Below are positions 58,850 to 64,000 of a stretch of 64,000 nucleotides of DNA, piece by piece. The DNA comes from Candidatus Cloacimonadales bacterium (lineage in GTDB: Bacteria; Cloacimonadota; Cloacimonadia; Cloacimonadales; JAIOQZ01), in the NCBI GenBank assembly GCA_963674825.1, contig OY771587.1, forward strand, positions 128,001 to 192,000, written 5' to 3'. Each line of letters opens with the position of its first letter. The first letter of the stretch is position 1. Position numbers and translations under genes: made by a program. Below the pieces are notes generated by a model, which was not told the DNA's origin, did no database searches, and saw nothing but the letters and a program-made list of their open reading frames with translations.

Positions 58850-59940
58850 TCCTCGCTTATGCTCTGACCGGCTTTTATTGCCTGCTGCTGCTATTCCTGA
58901 CCATCGGTGTGCTGCTCCATCGCAAGCCAAACTGGCATCCACACCGCACCATCAGCGTTATCGTTGCCGCGCGTAACGAAGAGAAAAGCCTGCCACAACT
59001 GCTCGAAGCCCTCGCCAAACAGGATTATCCAGCCGATCACTTCGAGATCGTTCTGGCAGACGACCGCTCCACCGACGGGACATGGCAGATCATGCAGGAT
59101 TTCTGCGAATCTCATCAGCATGTCATTGCCCTACAAGTCCTCGAAACCGACGACGGCCATCCAGGCAAGAAACGAGCCCTCGCCAGAGCCATCGAAGCAT
59201 CTTCCGGTCACATCCTGGCCTTTACCGACGCCGACTGCCGACCCGGGCCCAACTGGCTTACCGAGATCGACCGGCACATCACCGAAAAAATCGACTTCGT
59301 AGCTGGCTACTCCCCGCTGATTACTGCTTCGGGAACTATCATCGATGGACTGAAAAACCTTGAGCGCGCATCCATCTTCGCCGTCACATCCGGCAGTCTC
59401 GGCTGGAACTGGGGCCTGACCTGCACCGCACGCAACATGGCCTATACACGTGAGCTGTACGACAGCGCGGACGGCTTCAGCGGAATCGATCATATCCGTT
59501 CCGGCGACGACGACCTCATGCTGCAAAAGCTTCATCACTTCTCGAAAGGCATGCGCTTTATCTTCTCACAGGATTCCATTGTGCCCTCTTACGAAAACGA
59601 CGATGTTGCCACGCAGATCAACCGCGAAACACGACGAGCCTCGAAATGGCGTTACTACCCGGCGTCCCTGAAGATCATCACCCTGCTGGTCATGCTCTTC
59701 TATCTCTGCCTGGCGTGCTGCCTCACTGGCGCGATCATCCATCTCGTCAGTTGGCCCGTCTTCCTGAGCATACTGGCCGCGAAGATATGCAGCGAATTCC
59801 TGATCCTCCTGACCTTCCTGATCCGCATGAAGCGGACACCCCTACTCCTGTGGTTCCCGCTCGCGGAAACCCTCTACGTACCCTACTTCATTTACTTCGG
59901 AATACGCGGCACCTTCGGCGCGTATCGCTGGAAGAGCTAA
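58846..59940 (+). CDS. glycosyltransferase family 2, membrane-bound
   Basis: SVIVAARNEE, DDRSTD, GKKRAL, FTDADC, SGDDDL, RRASKW; N- and C-terminal TM. Confidence 0.92.
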   Translation: MILAYALTGFYCLLLLFLTIGVLLHRKPNWHPHRTISVIVAARNEEKSLPQLLEALAKQDYPADHFEIVLADDRSTDGTWQIMQDFCESHQHVIALQVLETDDGHPGKKRALARAIEASSGHILAFTDADCRPGPNWLTEIDRHITEKIDFVAGYSPLITASGTIIDGLKNLERASIFAVTSGSLGWNWGLTCTARNMAYTRELYDSADGFSGIDHIRSGDDDLMLQKLHHFSKGMRFIFSQDSIVPSYENDDVATQINRETRRASKWRYYPASLKIITLLVMLFYLCLACCLTGAIIHLVSWPVFLSILAAKICSEFLILLTFLIRMKRTPLLLWFPLAETLYVPYFIYFGIRGTFGAYRWKS

Positions 59941-60008
59941 GCCTGCAAGAAGTACTTTAACCACACATAAACTATCCCAACCCCGCTCCTAAATTTTAGT
60001 TAATTATC

Positions 60009-60036
60009 TTGACATCGCTTTCATTTTCCGTACATT
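60009..60036 (+). promoter_or_regulatory. sigma70-type promoter upstream of terS
   Basis: TTGACA-16 nt-TACATT, then GGAGG RBS and ATG at 60055. Confidence 0.55.
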
Positions 60037-60054
60037 CAGTCGCGGAGGGTGACT

Positions 60055-60480
60055 ATGTCAGAAAAGAAAACCGTACGGTACAATCCAAAGCTCCATCCGC
60101 ACATGATCTATATCTACAGAAAGCAGGGGTGCGATCAGAAGGAACTGGCGGAGATGCTCGGGATTGAGATCAAGCAATTGAACGGGTGGCTCAAGCGTTA
60201 TCCAGAAGCAAAACAGGCATATCGTATCGAACCAGGAGAGATGGATCGGATCATCCAGCAAGCGCTGATGAAGATGGTGGACGGATATGAAAAGAAAGAG
60301 ACCGTCGAGACCTACAAGAAGAACAAAGACGGTGAAGAGGAGCTTGTCGAGCGCAAGGTAACTACGCGGCACGTGGAGGGTAATCCGGCCGCGCTGAAAC
60401 TGTGGCTGGAGAAGTTCTTGAAGAATAATGAAGATGACGACGAAAGCGCCGATTATGAGGACAAGGAGTTTCTGGATTGA
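60055..60480 (+). CDS. phage terminase small subunit-like HTH protein
   Basis: HTH QKELAEMLGIEIKQLNGWLKRYPE; ALMKMVDGYEKKE...VTTRHVEGNPAALKLWL; stop overlaps terL start. Confidence 0.75.
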   Translation: MSEKKTVRYNPKLHPHMIYIYRKQGCDQKELAEMLGIEIKQLNGWLKRYPEAKQAYRIEPGEMDRIIQQALMKMVDGYEKKETVETYKKNKDGEEELVERKVTTRHVEGNPAALKLWLEKFLKNNEDDDESADYEDKEFLD

Positions 60481-61712
60481 TTCTGAAGCTGCGGCGTAGC
60501 GACTACCTCCCACATCAGTGGGAGTTCCTGACCAGCGAAAATCCATTCAAAGCGCTGGTGAGCGGCTTCGGTGGCGGGAAGACCCATGTCTTCCTGCGTG
60601 AAACGCTCCTGAACCACCTGTTTATGAAAAACAAGCAGGGAAAATCCAACGGCTGGATCGTCTATCCCACCTACGCGCTTGCGGAAGAACTCTTCTGCGA
60701 GCCGTTCAAGGAGCTCCTGGACAAACAGCGGATCAAATACGATTACAAAGCGACCCGCCTGAAGTTCGAGAGCAGATTCGGCACGATCAGGGTTTACCAA
60801 CTGCAAACGCCGCAGCGCATGGTCGGCACAGAGCTGACCTACATCGGCTTCGATGAATTCGACATCGGCAGCTACAAAAACTGCGAGATGGCCTACCGGA
60901 AAGCGATTGGCCGTCTGCGGGGCTGTGAAAACGCCAAACTGTATATTGTAACCACGCCGGAAGGCTTCCACTACACACACAAGCTCTTCGTTGAGGAAGG
61001 GGCCGATAAACATCTGATCAAGGCGAAAACAACTGATAATCCCCACCTTCCGGCGAGTTACATCCACTATCTTAAAAGCCAGTACGACGCCGTCCTGCTC
61101 AGGCGGTATATGGACGGTGAATTCGTGAACTTGAACACAGCGCAGGCGTATTACAGCTTTGATCGTGAGCGCCACACGGGAAATCCCGAGATCACAAGCG
61201 CGCAGGAGTACTACGTCGGCATGGACTTCAATATCGATCCCATGACAGCCATCATCGGCGTCATGCAGGGGGAAAAATTCGTCATCCTGGACGAGTTCTG
61301 GCTCAAGAACAGCAACACCGAGCGAATGTGCCAGGTGATAGCGCAGAAGTACGCCCCCCGCAAGGTGGTCGTATATCCAGATATGACCGGCATCAAACGC
61401 TCCACGAGTGCTGCGGTGGGCATCACCGACATCAAGATATTGAAAGCGCAAGGCTTCCAGGTTAAGGCCACGCGCAATCCACTGGTTCGCGACCGCATCA
61501 ACGCAGTCAACAACTCGCTGGCAAAGAATAATCTGCTCATTGCGCAGCATTGCAAGCACCTGATTCGCGATCTCGAGCAGGTCTGCCGCGACAGCCACGG
61601 AGAACTCGACAAATCGAACCCGGATCTCACCCACATCTCCGATGCGATGGGCTACGCGGTGTGGAACCTCTTCCCCATCGTCAGTCAACCGGACTGGAGG
61701 ACCTCAGCATGA
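60477..61712 (+). CDS. phage terminase large subunit
   Basis: LPHQ, Walker A GFGGGKT, Walker B IGFDE, TTPEG, DNPHL, nuclease GMDFN and HISDAMGY. Confidence 0.92.
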   Translation: MILKLRRSDYLPHQWEFLTSENPFKALVSGFGGGKTHVFLRETLLNHLFMKNKQGKSNGWIVYPTYALAEELFCEPFKELLDKQRIKYDYKATRLKFESRFGTIRVYQLQTPQRMVGTELTYIGFDEFDIGSYKNCEMAYRKAIGRLRGCENAKLYIVTTPEGFHYTHKLFVEEGADKHLIKAKTTDNPHLPASYIHYLKSQYDAVLLRRYMDGEFVNLNTAQAYYSFDRERHTGNPEITSAQEYYVGMDFNIDPMTAIIGVMQGEKFVILDEFWLKNSNTERMCQVIAQKYAPRKVVVYPDMTGIKRSTSAAVGITDIKILKAQGFQVKATRNPLVRDRINAVNNSLAKNNLLIAQHCKHLIRDLEQVCRDSHGELDKSNPDLTHISDAMGYAVWNLFPIVSQPDWRTSA

Positions 61713-61716
61713 GAAA

Positions 61717-61829
61717 AAGAAATCATCTTCCGAATGTTGATTTCATGAGGCGGTGTGTCGTCCATCGCTACGTCTCGGCAAGTCGGGCCACACGGCAAGG
61801 AGATGCGGACGTCTCGTCCGCGTTCCATG
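61717..61829. repeat. REP/BIME-like modules A and D between terL and portal
   Basis: 61717..61747 is the exact reverse complement of 56899..56929; 61805..61829 matches 56844..56869 (GCGGACG/CGTCCGC stem) in reverse. Confidence 0.85.
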
Positions 61830-61900
61830 AGGGAAGTGCGACCGCCGGAACCTTTCTCAACTCGTAACTCGTAACATATAAGTTATTTAAGGAGGGTAAA

Positions 61901-63274
61901 ATGGAAACCATGATCAGAAACATGCAGGCGGTGGCTCGCTGGAATGAGGATATCCAGCGTCGTCTGCGCATCCAGAAATATCTGGATTATTACCGCAACC
62001 GGTGCGGAAATTACATCGCGGAGCGGATTGACGGGATGGTCGATACCGAGGAGGCCAAAGAGCTCAAGAAGTATATCGAGCACGACAACATCACTGAGCG
62101 TTTCATCGAGGAGATCAGCCTGGTGTTCGCAGAAAAGGTACGAATCACCGCGCGACGTCAGCAATCCGATGGACAGCTCGTTAATGACACCGACGCCCAG
62201 AAGCAGCTCGACCGGCTTTTGCGGCTCTCAAGATTCCAAGTAACCATGAAAGAAGTGGAGCGGCTCAGCAAGCTCATCTTCGATGTGGCGGTGTTACCGC
62301 AGGTTCGCGATGGCAAAATTGAGCTGGATATCATCACCGGCGACAAGGCATTTGTAGTACAGCAGGAGAAGAATCCGCTCATGGCTGAGCAATTCTACTA
62401 TCAGGTGGGAGTCCGGGAAAACACCGCACTTGCGGACCGCGTGGATGTATACCACTACTGGACATCCGAAGGCCGAAAATACCAATGCGAAATCATGCTC
62501 AACGGTCGTCCCGACCCGCAGAGCGTCCAGCACCTGAATCACATTCCTTACGATCACATGCCGGTCATCATGTTCCGCAGCTATCTGCCCATCGACGCAT
62601 TCTGGTACGACGGCGAGAACGCGATCGTAGAAAAGAATATCGCCATCGATCTCAAACGCACCGACCTCGCCATGGCGGAGGCATACAACATCCCACAGCT
62701 CCTAACCACAGGCACACGCGAGAATCAGGACCTCAAAAAAGGCCGCACCTTCAAGATCGATATCCCGCGCAACGACATGGGAGAGGCTGTCGGCGACGCT
62801 AAGTACCTTGCTCCAAAGGAGCCGCTCGAGGAGCTTAACGAGATGATCCTGAGCCGCATCGAGCAACTTGGATTGTCGAAGGGGCTCTCACGCTCGATGA
62901 TTACCGGAGCAAACGCATCTTCGGGGTACGAACTTGCGCTTTCGAAGTATGAGATTGTGGAGCGTAACCGCAGGCAGCGCGATTACTATTATGATTCGGT
63001 GGTGGAGCTGGTGCAGACGATGATCGTTACCGCCAACCGAGGACTTGGTTGGGAAATCCCGGAAGACCTGGTTCTGGGTGTCGATTTCGGCGAGATTCGC
63101 TTTGCAGTCTCTGACGAAGAGCGCGAAAAGACACGCCAGATGAAACTGGAAAATGGAACGGTATCGCGCATTGACCTGATGATGGAAGATAATCCGGAGC
63201 TTGATCGCCAAACGGCAATCGAAGAAGCGAAACGGATCGACGGAGAGAATTGGAAGTTCAGCGCGGTAAGTTGA
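61901..63274 (+). CDS. phage portal protein (SPP1 gp6-like)
   Basis: Follows terL; 457 aa; YLDYYRN, HDNITERFIE, NHIPYDHMPVIMF, NASSGYEL, VDFGE, EEAKRIDGE. Confidence 0.8.
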   Translation: METMIRNMQAVARWNEDIQRRLRIQKYLDYYRNRCGNYIAERIDGMVDTEEAKELKKYIEHDNITERFIEEISLVFAEKVRITARRQQSDGQLVNDTDAQKQLDRLLRLSRFQVTMKEVERLSKLIFDVAVLPQVRDGKIELDIITGDKAFVVQQEKNPLMAEQFYYQVGVRENTALADRVDVYHYWTSEGRKYQCEIMLNGRPDPQSVQHLNHIPYDHMPVIMFRSYLPIDAFWYDGENAIVEKNIAIDLKRTDLAMAEAYNIPQLLTTGTRENQDLKKGRTFKIDIPRNDMGEAVGDAKYLAPKEPLEELNEMILSRIEQLGLSKGLSRSMITGANASSGYELALSKYEIVERNRRQRDYYYDSVVELVQTMIVTANRGLGWEIPEDLVLGVDFGEIRFAVSDEEREKTRQMKLENGTVSRIDLMMEDNPELDRQTAIEEAKRIDGENWKFSAVS

Positions 63275-64000
63275 CCATTACATCACCATATCCGTAATAT
63301 TGCTCGGACTCTTCCACTATGTAATAAATGACGCGCAGCAATTCGCCTGCTTCGGCATCGACGCCGGTCACAGAAACATTGTGGAAACCGGTAACAAGTT
63401 GGCTGTTCATGATCTCATGGACAACCTCGCCGTCTTGATCGACCAGAATCATGATGACACGTGCCGGAGCATTAATCGAAAAGCTGATGGTGAAGGAATC
63501 CTGGAAGCTATTCGGATAGGCTGGATAAACCCTTGGATACCCGGACGGATTCTGGTCCGTGCCGACTTCAATCGACGCGGGACCTGTTCTCTCCGGGTTT
63601 TCTTCATCCACTGAATAAGCGAGTAACCAGTAGTAATAGGTGAAGCCTTCCATCAAGTTTTCGTCGATATAGCGATAGGGACATGGCGTTGCCTGGTTTT
63701 CGGAAGCGATTATTTCTGATGTTATCCGATGGGATGATTCGAACTCCGGTTTTATGCTGCGATTCAAATGGTAACCGAGCATATCAACTTCATAGGTTGT
63801 CGTCCATTCCACAGCGAAATAGTCTTCGGATAGCGCCGTGACGCTGAAAGTATCGATATATGCATAACGATCGGGGCTAACAGGTACCACGCCTGACATG
63901 GTAGTCATGCGCCAGTCGAGGGTATCGACAGGAGTCTGGGGATCGCCGAAATCGTCGGTCTTGGTGTAGTAATAAAAATCACCAATATAAGCCTGGAAGT
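63258..64000 (-). CDS. hypothetical exported protein (5' end beyond the window) with a domain shared with the C-terminus of 6582..11078
   Basis: Frame is open to the window edge (FQAYIGDFYYYTKTDDFGDP…); WTTTYEVDMLGYHLNR…YYYWL parallels WVTESETDMLGYNLYR…YFYWL; YPAYPNSF. Confidence 0.75.
   Translation of the reverse strand, partial: FQAYIGDFYYYTKTDDFGDPQTPVDTLDWRMTTMSGVVPVSPDRYAYIDTFSVTALSEDYFAVEWTTTYEVDMLGYHLNRSIKPEFESSHRITSEIIASENQATPCPYRYIDENLMEGFTYYYWLLAYSVDEENPERTGPASIEVGTDQNPSGYPRVYPAYPNSFQDSFTISFSINAPARVIMILVDQDGEVVHEIMNSQLVTGFHNVSVTGVDAEAGELLRVIYYIVEESEQYYGYGDVMVNLPR

Noticed and set aside
59941..63274. Complete prophage
   Set aside because: No integrase, capsid, tail, lysis or att sites, and host genes on both sides; reported as an orphan module instead.

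Overview
Bacterial chromosomal window, mostly host-like in composition. It is probably Candidatus Cloacimonadota or a related FCB-group anaerobe; this is inferred from several secreted proteins ending in the NxPNPFNPxT...YNVxGQxVRT C-terminal domain. Housekeeping content: five tRNAs (Gln x3, Ser x2), tmRNA, hup-dnaN-recF, dnaX, waaA, amrS, trxA, bcp and a TPP-riboswitch thi4-thiE-thiC-thiD operon. Selenium and molybdenum genes: a stand-alone selD, an IscS/Sec-lyase-SelD fusion, a degenerate fdhD and mobB. Also present are GH38 and GH85 glycosidases, large secreted proteins and two AT-rich inserts. Most interesting: (1) an intact terS-terL-portal trio between host genes, with a sigma70-like promoter, host palindromic repeats inside it, and no capsid, tail or integrase gene, possibly a domesticated packaging module; (2) a four-gene uncharacterised membrane module (DUF6754-like) upstream of mobB, a TPR protein with only a HisKA domain, and a kinase; (3) a possible fossil SECIS hairpin behind the Cys codon of selD; (4) an 8x TPTLTNxRxKxSxTATR repeat in a 1498-aa secreted protein; (5) a frameshifted RxxxxH (HEPN-like) gene downstream of ssrA; (6) modular REP/BIME-like repeats at three loci. 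All family calls come from motif recognition by eye; no database searches were run.
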